From the NCBI GenBank assembly GCA_963729895.1, contig CAVSQB010000023.1, positions 1 to 64,000 of the forward strand: a stretch of 64,000 nucleotides of DNA, written 5' to 3'. Both the position numbers and the translations under genes were made by a program. Origin of the DNA: an uncultured Fibrobacterota bacterium (GTDB taxonomy: Bacteria > Fibrobacterota > Chitinivibrionia > Chitinivibrionales > FEN-1185). Below, piece by piece: positions 1 through 10,072 of the stretch. Every line of letters begins with the position of its first letter. Within the stretch, counting starts at the first letter, position 1. The notes beneath the pieces are model-generated. The model was given only the letters and a program-made list of their open reading frames with translations, was not told the origin of the DNA and did not search any database.

Positions 1-3
1 ATA

Positions 4-1660
4 CCTGATTCCGTGAGATAAGGTTATGAAAAACAAATTGACGGCGTTGACAAGAACGAATATGGTTGCTAAGGCTTCTTGATAAGTTGTTGCCGGGGTG
101 ATTCCACTATGATTTGCGCTTCTGACCCCATCGTTAACAATACACTCAACGTGTCGGTGGCGACGTTTGTTTGGTTACGGGTCTATTTCCGTTTATTGCT
201 CTCCTTAGGTCAGCCATCCGTGGCGAACGCCAGATACGTTTGCGTCCACGCTATGCGGAGTTGATTCCGCCGCGACAGGGCAAGCATCAACCGGCGGGCA
301 TGCGTTATCACGCGTGCTGCTATGTACATAAGATCCTGAATGACCTTCCGCAATCTCCGGCGTGCAACTTTCTTACGCGGCACGTACCCCTTGTCGATTC
401 CAACTTGGCCGCAGAGCCGCAGCATGTTGAACGCAAGAACCGCCAACGTCAACACCAATGCGTTGGTCGTGAACTTCCCGCTGGGAAGCCGCTCCAGCGC
501 CATATCACTCTTCAGCTCCGAGTGAAACTGCTCGCTGGTGCCATGATCCCGGTACGCTGCAATAACGTCGTCCGGCCGGCGTTGCGTCTGCTCAGGCTCG
601 TCCACCACGTGTTAACCTCTACATCCGGCAGCAGCAAGGCGTTTCCGTCGCGGTCGATTGTCCGTTCGATCACCTCGAACACAAGCGCGTAGGGTTCTTC
701 CTGCCTGTTCCTTGCCTAATCGTCTTCAGCGAACGAAGCAGGGCGGCCTCCGCCTTCACGGCGACCACGCCAGTCACCGAGCGCTTGGAGCATCCACGAG
801 CCATTCGTCGATAGATTCCCTGCGTATGTTCCGTTTGATTATGTAATCGACCTTTTCCTTGCGGGCAGACTCGCATGTTTTCAATATCGTCATGTCCGGC
901 ATCAAAACGAACAAGGATCGAACGATCCGTTATTTTTCGAGCAAGGGCTATGGTCTTGCGCAGAAACTCCGGAGTTCCTTCCTGGCAATGTTGTTTCCCT
1001 TCGCGCAACTCCTCGCGTTCAGCAGGTAGCCTTCCACGCGGTCGTAGGCAAGCATCGGAGAATATCCCTCGAACAACTTGTACGTGCAGCTTACGCCTTC
1101 CTTATGAGAACCACTGTTGTCAAAAGGAGATACGTCAGCGTCAATCGGAATATACGGTCCAAAGCAGGCGGTGAGCCGTGGCGCTGCTTTTTTCAACAGG
1201 GACGCCGAAGCGGAAAGGACTGCGTTTTGAACGGTCAGGCCCGTTTCGTCCATTCGCTGCCGCAGTGTAGCCTCGGAAGGAACCGCTTTCAATCCAAGCA
1301 TCTCCTGAAAATAGTCGTCTTCACGAAACTGCTCGACCCCGTCAAAGTCTGGTTTGGCAAGACACAAAAGCCCCGTCATGGTCAGCAGCGCGTCCGCGGT
1401 GCTTATACTCCCGCTCTTCTTGTCCGGAGTAACCTGCGAAACACGCTCGCGCAAACCGGATCGCTCCGCAAGCATCCCGATCATTGCCATTCCACCATGG
1501 CTGGTCAGAAACTCGTCCGTCTCCGTGATTATCAACTTTCTCGGCTTTGGCATGACACCTTCCGGGTGAATAATGTGAACTGCCATTTAGTCAAGCACCA
1601 TTCACCCTTAATCTACACGAAAAATCATCAAAATGCCAAAGTTTTTCTCACGGAATCAGG
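4..1660 (-). mobile_element. IS1380-family insertion sequence, copy 1 (damaged)
   Basis: Perfect 15-bp terminal IRs CCTGATTCCGTGAGA (4-18) / TCTCACGGAATCAGG (1646-1660); near-identical to the copy at 60742-62384. Confidence 0.93.
210..1586 (-). pseudogene. IS1380-family DDE transposase, frameshifted
   Basis: Split into ORFs 948-1586, 670-1008 and 210-608, each matching part of the intact 453-aa copy at 60949-62310; scrambled stretch ~683-775. Confidence 0.88.
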
Positions 1661-2386
1661 AAACAGCTAATCGATTCTCACGGCAAATTGCGGTTGGCAC
1701 TTAAGGAACTCAAACGGTCAAACGAAGACCTGGAGCAATTCGCCTCCGTTGCCTCGCACGATCTTCAGGAGCCCCTTCGCGCGGTGAGCGGGTTTCTGGG
1801 CGTCCTTGACAAAAAGCACGCCGACAATCTTGACGCCGACGCCCGGCAGTACATTGCCTATGCCGTTGATGGCGCAGAAAGGATGCACTCACTTATCAAT
1901 GATTTGCTTTCTTATTCGCGGGTTGGCACAAAAGGAGGCAGCTTCAACCCAATCCCCATGCAGGAGGCATTGGAGCAGGCAAGGGAGAATGTGCGTTTTT
2001 CAATTGAAGAAAGCCGGGCAACCGTGACAAGCGATCCTTTGCCCACGATCTTCGCCGACAAGGTTCAGATAACGCAGTTGCTTCAGAACCTCATTGGCAA
2101 TGCCATTAAGTTTCGCGGCCCGAAGCCGCCCGAAATACGCATCCTTGCCAAACGCGAAGAACACCAATGGGTCTTCGGAGTTCGGGATAACGGGATCGGG
2201 ATCGAACCGCGGTACTTTGAGAAAATATTTCTGATCTTCCAGAGGTTGCACACAAACGCACAGTACAAAGGCACCGGGATCGGCCTTGCCATATGCAAGA
2301 GGATCGTAGAACGTCATGGTGGCAGAATATGGGTAGAATCAAAACCCGGCGAAGGCTCGACATTTCATTTCACTATTCCAGGTTAA
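1661..2386 (+). pseudogene. Sensor histidine kinase C-terminal part (HisKA + HATPase_c), 5'-truncated by IS1380
   Basis: ASHDLQEPLR H-box, NLIGNAIKF N-box, DNGIGI, GTGIGLAI; frame open back to the IS end at 1661; no sensor domain. Confidence 0.85.
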
Positions 2387-2673
2387 CAAGCCAGCGGATC
2401 AGGCTTTGACAAATGAAGGCGATAGAAATTCCTGTGGGCAAAGGAAATAGTGCCCCATTCCTTAATAGCAATAGTTATGCATCTGCTCAGATGCTATATC
2501 GGCAATGGGTGGGAACGTTCTATTCAGAAAGGAGTAACGTCAACGCAAACGCCAGGTTCATGAGATGACAGCCGTTTAATTTAACAACGGGCTCGGTTGG
2601 CCAGATACAGAATTTGCGTCACAATCAAACCCCATATTAATAAACTTTTCAACAATCTTCAAAGGAGTGTGCT

Positions 2674-3129
2674 ATGAAGTTTGCCAAGGTATTGCTTGCC
2701 GTTCTTGCATGCACAAGTCTTCTGATTGCCCAGGAAGCCGCTGCTCCCATGACGGAGAAAGCTGCTAATGGTGCAAAGAAAGAAGCCGCCTCAATTGCTG
2801 GAACATTCGTTTCCGCTGACGTAGTCGGCAACACGATTATCGTAAAGGTTGGGAAGAAAGTTGACACTCTGGGTGTTGATGCCAGCGCGAAAGTCGTAAG
2901 TGGAAAAGATACCATTCAACTTGGCGCAATCAAGGCCGACTCTAAATTGAAAATCAGGTTCAAGACCGTTGATGGACAGAAGGTTGCGACCGGTATCATT
3001 GTAAAACCTGCTGCAGTTCGCAGAGCCGGGAAGGCGAAGATGCAGGCTGCTGCAGAGCCTCCCGTAATTGAACTTTTTATCTGTGGGGTTTGTTTAAGAC
3101 CGCCCGGAATTTTCCGGGCGGTCTTGTAG
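2674..3129 (+). CDS. Secreted Ala/Lys-rich small protein, paralog of 44244-44660
   Basis: Signal peptide MKFAKVLLAVLACTSLLIA; shared core GTFVSAD..NTIIVKVGKK.DTL.VD; RBS AAGGAG. Confidence 0.8.
   Translation: MKFAKVLLAVLACTSLLIAQEAAAPMTEKAANGAKKEAASIAGTFVSADVVGNTIIVKVGKKVDTLGVDASAKVVSGKDTIQLGAIKADSKLKIRFKTVDGQKVATGIIVKPAAVRRAGKAKMQAAAEPPVIELFICGVCLRPPGIFRAVL
3096..3125 (+). terminator. Terminator-like hairpin
   Basis: AAGACCGCCCGGAA-TT-TTCCGGGCGGTCTT; homologous to the hairpin at 44175-44200. Confidence 0.65.
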
Positions 3130-3752
3130 AGCACTGCGGGAGTTCATCAGGTTTAAATACATGGCGCGTGGCTTTTCACTTCTCAGGTTTTCGAATCAAT
3201 TGATGGGCTTGTTTTAATAGGAAGGATTTGGAGCCTTTGAAAAAGAGGTCCTTCCCGCCGACCTTTTAATGGGTAACCCCAACCAGTAGGGGTTGCCATT
3301 GATTATCTTGGCCTCCATCCCGCATCAGGAGTGACAGGTTTTTTCGGCATAGTAAAAATTAACCATCACGGAGGGACGGGAATAATGGGGAAGTGACACC
3401 TAAAGACTTCAGGCACAAAGAGAGATAAAGACAAAGTCTAATATTGCTTGAACTCAAAGGGACCTACTATTGCAATAAAATGAGTCACACTATTTATTGT
3501 CGAGCCCGGCGTTTTATCGTTATGTCGGGCAGTATGGGAAGATGCCGGAATTCAGGAATAGGGTGCTTAATAGTAAGTAAGCCTGCTGGCAATTAAGGCT
3601 GGCGAAACAAATAGAAAGTAGGAGAGAGAATGTCACCAATAGTCAAGAATAGTCAAGAAGCGTTCTTGCCGCATCGCAGGCTGCTCACGGTGGCGTAAAT
3701 TTGATTGTATTCAAAGAATAGTTTCTTTCATCAACTTTTTCAAGGAGGCGGT

Positions 3753-4292
3753 ATGTTTTTTAGAATCGGTACTTTTTGCGCAATACTGTGCGCAGTCTTG
3801 ATGTTCTCGTTCGGTTGCAACAAGAAAGTGGCTAAAATTGAATCGCAGGCTGGACCGGCGATGCAGCAAGCGCCAGCCCAAAAAGCCCAGCAAACCTTTG
3901 CGTCGAATGACTCCTTTGTCGTTTCGGACCTCGACGCCAAAATGAAAGGGATTTTCGTTCCTATTTACTTTTCCTTTGACAAATACGACTTGTCGAATAA
4001 GTCGATCGGCGACCTTGGCAGGATCGCCTCATTTCTAAAGGACAATCCCTCCGTCCGCGTCTTAATCGAAGGCAACGCCGACGAAATCGGGTCTGCGGAA
4101 TACAATATCGGGCTTGGCGAAAGACGCGCCAGGATCGCCAAGAATTATCTGGTCACCTATGGAATACCCGACAACAGGCTGGAAATCACTTCGTATGGAA
4201 AAGAGAGGCCTGCAGTTCCTAATTGTCCCGTGGCCGATGACAACTGCCGTTCAAAAAACAGACGCGACGAATGGAAGGCACTCGGGAAATAG
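3753..4292 (+). CDS. pal: Peptidoglycan-associated lipoprotein (OmpA C-terminal domain)
   Basis: Lipobox FSFGC; IYFSFDKY, IEGNADEIGSAEYNIGLGERRA, SYGKERP, NRRDE; RBS GGAGG before ATG 3753. Confidence 0.88.
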   Translation: MFFRIGTFCAILCAVLMFSFGCNKKVAKIESQAGPAMQQAPAQKAQQTFASNDSFVVSDLDAKMKGIFVPIYFSFDKYDLSNKSIGDLGRIASFLKDNPSVRVLIEGNADEIGSAEYNIGLGERRARIAKNYLVTYGIPDNRLEITSYGKERPAVPNCPVADDNCRSKNRRDEWKALGK

Positions 4293-4353
4293 TTGTCGTG
4301 CCGTTGCTCAGCACCAACGTTGGTTGACTTGAATTTGTCAAATAATTATTCTT

Positions 4354-5682
4354 ATGATCGAAATCATGTGCTTTACAGCAGAGCAGGAAACACAAATGGC
4401 CAAGAATAGGAAACAACCATCAAAGACTCCGTCTAAAACTGCGCCGGCAAAGAAAAAGTCGCTGTGGAAGATTGAACTTGCGATAGGAGCCGCCCTGATC
4501 GCGGGAATCATTACTACTGCGAAAATAATGACTTCGTCTCCTGAGCCCGTTCGACAGGTGGAGGCTCCTCCTCCTGCACCAACAGAGCCGATCGACACAT
4601 TCAAGAGCAGCGACCTCTGGGTTCAGCGGGCGTTGGCGGTGACCGCGAAGTTTCATCGCGTTTATACCCCTTGCTGGGAAGGCGCCTACGGCGCACTGGG
4701 CGACGCCTACCTGTTTGCCGCAACCGGCGACTCCGCCCTGCTGCGGTTTCACCTGGTCGATCACAATCTCAAAAATATGTGTGAAGGCAGATGGGTCGAC
4801 GACCGTGCCTGGGTGTGCCTCGCCGAACTCAAGTGGTGGAGTGTAACCGGGAAAACGCGTCAGGATCTCGTTGCCGATGCGATTTACCGGTACGACCAGG
4901 CCAAAAGCCAGGGCAGGCTCTCATCTCACGAAGGGTTCTGGAGCTGGTACAACTGGCCTTTGCAATCCGGCGTAAATGAGCACATCTATACCAACTCCAA
5001 CATGAACCAGATGGTGACCGTGGCCTGCAAACTGTATGAAGCGACTAACGACCGGCGGTTCCTTGACGATGCTCTGAAGATATGGAACGGCGACGGCCAT
5101 ATACCCGGCATAGAAAAGACATTCTACCGGGGCGACGGCAGGTGGGAGGGCTCCGGGACTTCGGCGGCATTCAGCAAACAACTTCCCTGGGACGGAACCG
5201 GATACTGTTCGGTCACGGCTGCACTGTATAAGGCAACACACAACGAAAAATACCGCGCTATCGCTGTCGCTACCGCCCGGCGAATCATGGACCCCAAAAC
5301 CGGCTGGGTTGCGCCCAACGACTTTTACCAGCTTCGGATGGACGGCAGCGGCGCTTTCGTGAACTTCCTGCTCGATGCGTATGATATCGCGCCCGACAAA
5401 CTGCACGACATACTCCCCAAAGTCCAGGCAATGCTGGACCACGTCTGGACCAACAACCACGGTAAGGCGACGGTCGTGCTTCACCGCACGAGCGATGACG
5501 GTATCCGCAACGGGTGGAATCCCGCCGGCGGAGAGGACGGGTATCTCGTCGGAGAAGTGGGAACGGTGCATGCGCAAGGCGAAGCGGCCCGGGCCTTCGG
5601 TGTGTTCGCATACTTCCATTCACCAGGGATTAAGAAGACGAAAGGGGCCGTTATGTCGTCACCGAATAAACAGAATCCCTGA
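4354..5682 (+). CDS. Membrane-anchored glycoside hydrolase, GH76-like (alpha/alpha)6 barrel
   Basis: N-terminal TM helix and Pro linker; WVDDRAW adjacent-Asp motif like the GH76 DD; start may be ATG 4396. Confidence 0.6.
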   Translation: MIEIMCFTAEQETQMAKNRKQPSKTPSKTAPAKKKSLWKIELAIGAALIAGIITTAKIMTSSPEPVRQVEAPPPAPTEPIDTFKSSDLWVQRALAVTAKFHRVYTPCWEGAYGALGDAYLFAATGDSALLRFHLVDHNLKNMCEGRWVDDRAWVCLAELKWWSVTGKTRQDLVADAIYRYDQAKSQGRLSSHEGFWSWYNWPLQSGVNEHIYTNSNMNQMVTVACKLYEATNDRRFLDDALKIWNGDGHIPGIEKTFYRGDGRWEGSGTSAAFSKQLPWDGTGYCSVTAALYKATHNEKYRAIAVATARRIMDPKTGWVAPNDFYQLRMDGSGAFVNFLLDAYDIAPDKLHDILPKVQAMLDHVWTNNHGKATVVLHRTSDDGIRNGWNPAGGEDGYLVGEVGTVHAQGEAARAFGVFAYFHSPGIKKTKGAVMSSPNKQNP

Positions 5683-5939
5683 ATAATTTGAAGATGGCAG
5701 AACCTTTGCCCGGAAGAATGGGCGTTGCCAGCATCATGGTTTCAAGCTGTTATGCCGTTCCCGCCCCCGGCTGTGCATCTCCGCTTCGCAGGTTGCCCGG
5801 CAGTAAGCCCGCGCAAGGTCCCCGGGGAGACCACGGGCGGAACTCCGTCAAATTCCCTCTCCCATGGATTATTTTAGGAAGCTAAACCATTCAAGCGACT
5901 CATCCTCAACCGGCGAACATACATCAGGAGGATTCCCGC

Positions 5940-6764
5940 ATGTCCAAGACAACCTACGACATGATCGTCGAGGCAAGGACGTTTATCGAAAAGAAGACCA
6001 AGCTCAAACCCGAAGTCGGCATTATTCTTGGAACGGGCCTCGGCAGGCTGGTGGATTCCATTCAGACCGATGTGGTTATTCCCTACGAGACCATACCGTA
6101 TTTCCCTGTGTCAACTGTTGAGACGCACGCGGGAAAGCTCATTCTCGGCACGCTGGCAGGCAAGGCCGTGATGGCCATGCAGGGGCGGTTTCACTTCTAC
6201 GAGGGATACACGATGCATCAGATCGTGTTTCCCGTGCGCGTCATGAAGTTCATGAGCGTGCGCGCGCTGGTGGTGTCGAACGCGGCAGGCGGCATCAACC
6301 CGCTGTTTCCACCCGGAACCATCATGGCGATTACCGACCACATCAACCTGCTTGGCTCAAATCCGCTTATCGGGCCGAACGACAACCGCATCGGGCCCCA
6401 GTATCCCGACATGTCGGAGCCGTATTCGCGCGAGCTCACCGAGCTGTGCCGTACGGTCGCGCTCGATAACAAGATCCCGGTCTCTTTCGGCGTGTACGCC
6501 GCCATGCCCGGCCCGTGCCTGGAGACGCGCGCCGAGTACCGCATGCTCAAGACCCTGGGCGCCGATGCCGTCGGCATGAGCACGGTGCCCGAGGTGATCG
6601 CGGCCGTGCATTGTTCCCTGCGGGTGCTGGGGTTGTCCGTTATCACGGATTCCTGCCTGCCCGACGCCCTTGAACCAGTTGACATAAAGAAAATCATCGC
6701 AAACGCAAACGCGGTCGAGCCGAAGCTCGTTTCCCTTATCGACAAGGTGCTGCGGGCGTTATGA
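5940..6764 (+). CDS. punA: Purine nucleoside phosphorylase (trimeric type)
   Basis: GIILGTGLG, QGRFHFYEG, NAAGG, ETRAE, VGMSTVPE. Confidence 0.93.
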   Translation: MSKTTYDMIVEARTFIEKKTKLKPEVGIILGTGLGRLVDSIQTDVVIPYETIPYFPVSTVETHAGKLILGTLAGKAVMAMQGRFHFYEGYTMHQIVFPVRVMKFMSVRALVVSNAAGGINPLFPPGTIMAITDHINLLGSNPLIGPNDNRIGPQYPDMSEPYSRELTELCRTVALDNKIPVSFGVYAAMPGPCLETRAEYRMLKTLGADAVGMSTVPEVIAAVHCSLRVLGLSVITDSCLPDALEPVDIKKIIANANAVEPKLVSLIDKVLRAL

Positions 6765-9700
6765 AACGGCCCTTGTTTAGCCCCGTTAACGCAAAAATCA
6801 GCTTCCCCGCGGTCGAAGACGAAGTCCTTTCCTTTTGGAACGCCGGCACAGCGTTTGCAAAAAGCCTTGAGTTGACAAAAGATAAGGCGGCGTTTGTGTT
6901 CTTCGACGGACCGCCCTTTGCCACAGGCCTGCCGCATTACGGCCATCTGCTTGCCGGAACCCTCAAAGACATCGTGCCCCGGTACTGGACCATGCGCGGC
7001 CGCTACGTTGAGCGGCGGTTCGGCTGGGACTGCCACGGGCTGCCGGTTGAGAACGAGGTCGAAAAGGCTCATGGCATAAGTAAGCACGGCATCGAGGACG
7101 TGTGGGGCATCGACCTGTTCAACGAGATGTGCCGTTCCATAGTCCTCCGCTACACCTCGGAGTGGCGCAGCGTTGTGGAGCGCATGGGCAGGTGGGTCGA
7201 TTTCGACAACCAATACCGTACGATGGATCCGCCCTACATGGAGAGCATCTGGTGGGTGTTTTCCGAAATATGGAAGAAAGGGCTCATCTACCAGGGGTTT
7301 CGCGTGCAGCCGTATTGCCCGCGCTGCGCCACGCCGTTGTCGAACTTCGAGATGAACGAAGGATACAAGGATGTTCAAAGCCCCTCCATAACGATTCAAT
7401 TTCCTCTTGTGAACGATCCGTCCACAAAGCTGCTCGTGTGGACCACCACGCCGTGGACCCTGCCGTCCAATGTGGCCTGCGCCGTGGGGCCGAACATCAA
7501 ATATCTCAAAGTCAAGGACGGCGATTCAACGTACATCATCGCAGGCGACAGGGTAAGCGCCTACTACAAGGATGCGTCACAGTACGCGGTACTCGAAGAG
7601 CTTTCCGGCACAGACCTCGAAGGCCTTCGCTACACGCCGTTGTTCGATTACGTTACCGCGGTGTCGGACAAATTCTTTACCGTCACGTGCGCCGATTTTG
7701 TGTCAACCGAAGACGGAACCGGCATCGTGCACATCGCGCCCGCGTTCGGCGAAGACGACTTCGGCGTGGGGAAGGCGCTCGGCCTTCCTATCGTGTGCCC
7801 TGTTGACGAAGAGGGAAAGTTCACCGCGGAGGTCCCCGAATACGCGGGCAGGCTCGTGTTCGACGCGGACGGCGACATCGTGAAGCGCATCAAAGCGATG
7901 GGACGGCTCGTTCACCGGTCCACGCTCGAACACCGGTACCCGCATTGCTACCGTTGCGATTCGGCGCTCATTTACAAGGCAATAACCACCTGGTTCATGA
8001 AAATTGAGCCGCTCAAGCCGAACATGCTCGAAAACAACCGGACGATCCACTGGGTGCCGTCGCATCTGCAAAACGGACGGTTCGGCAAGGGAATAGAAAG
8101 CGCGCCGGACTGGAACATCTCGCGCAACCGGTACTGGGGAACGCCCATTCCCGTGTGGCTGTGCGAGTGCGGCCACAGGGAATGCATTGCCAGTTGCGAC
8201 CGGTTGCACACCCTTGCAGGCAACGGCGACAAAGCCGCGGGGGAAAAACGCCATGCGGAAGTTATCGCAGGCGTACAGGCAGGCGTTCGCGACAAATGGA
8301 AGCGGATCGGCGCGGACAAGAAAATCACCGTGGACGACGGCGGTGCACCGGGGTTTGGAGCTATTCCCGACAACGACCTGCACCGCCACGTGATAGACAA
8401 GCTCAATCTCGCCTGCCCGGTGTGCGGGAAGGCCATGCATCGCACGCCCGAAGTGCTCGATTGCTGGTTCGAGTCGGGTTCCATGCCCTATGCGCAGCAC
8501 CACTATCCGTTTGAAAATGCGAAGACGTTCGACAGGAGTTTTCCCGCGGATTTCATCGCCGAAGGGCTCGACCAGACGCGCGGGTGGTTTTACACGCTTA
8601 CGGTGCTGTCAAGCGCGCTGTTCCACAAATCCGCGTTCAAGAACGTTATCGTCAACGGCATCATCCTTTCGGAAGACGGCAAGAAGCTTTCCAAACGGCT
8701 CAAGAACTATGCTCCGCCCGAGGAGATCCTTGGCAGGCTCGGCGCCGACGCGCTCCGCCTGTTTCTCATCAACTCGCCTGCCGTAAAGGCGGAAGACCTG
8801 CGGTTCTCCGAAAATGGCGTGCTGGAAATGTCCCGCGCCGTGCTCCTGCCGTTCTGGAACGCCTATGCATTTTTCGTAACGTACGCAAACGTCGATGGCT
8901 GGGGGCCGCCCTGGAACGGGACGCCGAAAAGCCGCCACGAGCTCGACCGGTGGATCGTGTCGCTGCTGTCCGGCCTTGTTGCGTCGGTAAACAGCGAGAT
9001 GGAGGAATACAACCTGTACAGGGTCGTCCCGCTGCTCGTCGATTTTATAGACAACCTCACCAACTGGTACATACGGCGGTCGCGCAGGCGGTTCTGGAAA
9101 AGCGAGAACGACGCGGATAAGAACGACGCCTACTCCACGCTGTACTGGGTGCTCATCGAATTTTCCAAGGTGATGGCGCCCTTCCTGCCGTTCTTGACTG
9201 AAGCGATATACCGCAATCTTGCCGCGGCACACGGCGGCGTAAACGCCGCCGGCAGCGTGCACTGCGAGCCGTACCCCGAAAGCGACGAGACCCTGTTCGA
9301 CGCCGCGCTCGTTGAAAAGATGCGGCTTGTACGCACCATCGTCACCATGGGCCGCGCGCTGCGCAGCAGGTTCAACCTCAAGACGCGGCAGCCGCTGTCC
9401 GAGCTCGTGGTGGTGATCCGCAACAATGCCACACGCGCGCTCATGCAGGCCATGGACGCACTGTTGCGGGATGAACTCAATGTCAAGAACGTCCGTTTCG
9501 AATCGGACGAAAGCACGGTCGTAACGCTGTCTGCAAAAGCGAATTTTAAGCGGCTTGGCAAGGCGCTGGGCCCGAGAATGAAAGACGCTGCAAAGATCAT
9601 CGAGGCATATACGGCTGATGATATCCACGCTCTCGAGAATGGCGCCGCGCGGGTTGTGCTCGGCCACGGGCTAACCCTTGACGACATCGAAGTGCGCCGC

Positions 9701-10042
9701 ACCAAACGCGCAGGGGTGGAGGTGGAAACGCATGACGGGATCACGGTCGCGCTCAACACCGAGATTACCCCGGAACTGTGCGAGGAATGCCTCGCACGTG
9801 AATTTGTCAACCGCATCCAGACCATGCGCAAGAACGCGGGTTTGAGCGTCACCGACCGCATAGCAATCCGGTGCGCGGCCCCGGCAGAGCTTGAGGCGGC
9901 GCTTTCGCATTTCAAAGACTATGTGTGCGGCGAGACGCTCGCGACTGCGATCACGTGGGACGTTGACAAGGGTGCTCCGGCCGAGGCACTCGAAATCGAC
10001 GAGTTCAAGGCTCTTGCCCAGATTACCGTGAAGAGCGCATAG
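6761..10042 (+). CDS. ileS: Isoleucine-tRNA ligase (type 2)
   Basis: DGPPFATGLPHYGH, GWDCHGLP, WTTTPWTLP, EGLDQTRGWF, KLSKR. Confidence 0.97.
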   Translation: MKRPLFSPVNAKISFPAVEDEVLSFWNAGTAFAKSLELTKDKAAFVFFDGPPFATGLPHYGHLLAGTLKDIVPRYWTMRGRYVERRFGWDCHGLPVENEVEKAHGISKHGIEDVWGIDLFNEMCRSIVLRYTSEWRSVVERMGRWVDFDNQYRTMDPPYMESIWWVFSEIWKKGLIYQGFRVQPYCPRCATPLSNFEMNEGYKDVQSPSITIQFPLVNDPSTKLLVWTTTPWTLPSNVACAVGPNIKYLKVKDGDSTYIIAGDRVSAYYKDASQYAVLEELSGTDLEGLRYTPLFDYVTAVSDKFFTVTCADFVSTEDGTGIVHIAPAFGEDDFGVGKALGLPIVCPVDEEGKFTAEVPEYAGRLVFDADGDIVKRIKAMGRLVHRSTLEHRYPHCYRCDSALIYKAITTWFMKIEPLKPNMLENNRTIHWVPSHLQNGRFGKGIESAPDWNISRNRYWGTPIPVWLCECGHRECIASCDRLHTLAGNGDKAAGEKRHAEVIAGVQAGVRDKWKRIGADKKITVDDGGAPGFGAIPDNDLHRHVIDKLNLACPVCGKAMHRTPEVLDCWFESGSMPYAQHHYPFENAKTFDRSFPADFIAEGLDQTRGWFYTLTVLSSALFHKSAFKNVIVNGIILSEDGKKLSKRLKNYAPPEEILGRLGADALRLFLINSPAVKAEDLRFSENGVLEMSRAVLLPFWNAYAFFVTYANVDGWGPPWNGTPKSRHELDRWIVSLLSGLVASVNSEMEEYNLYRVVPLLVDFIDNLTNWYIRRSRRRFWKSENDADKNDAYSTLYWVLIEFSKVMAPFLPFLTEAIYRNLAAAHGGVNAAGSVHCEPYPESDETLFDAALVEKMRLVRTIVTMGRALRSRFNLKTRQPLSELVVVIRNNATRALMQAMDALLRDELNVKNVRFESDESTVVTLSAKANFKRLGKALGPRMKDAAKIIEAYTADDIHALENGAARVVLGHGLTLDDIEVRRTKRAGVEVETHDGITVALNTEITPELCEECLAREFVNRIQTMRKNAGLSVTDRIAIRCAAPAELEAALSHFKDYVCGETLATAITWDVDKGAPAEALEIDEFKALAQITVKSA

Positions 10043-10072
10043 CGGGATCCATCACAACAGGACGGGAACGCC

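Noticed and set aside
683..1050. Scrambled sequence and indels in IS1380 copy 1 as real decay or programmed frameshifting
   Set aside because: Dense local indels and substitutions in an otherwise near-identical copy at the window edge look like low-coverage base-calling noise; not decidable without reads
1675..1683. TTCTCACGG repeat 30 bp outside the IS1380 end as an alternative IR
   Set aside because: Only 9 bp, lies in kinase coding sequence and at the left end; likely chance
3638..3706. AATAGTCAAG tandem and TGGCGTAAATTTGATT upstream of pal as regulatory sites
   Set aside because: Only two repeat units; the sigma54-like word has wrong spacing and no GC
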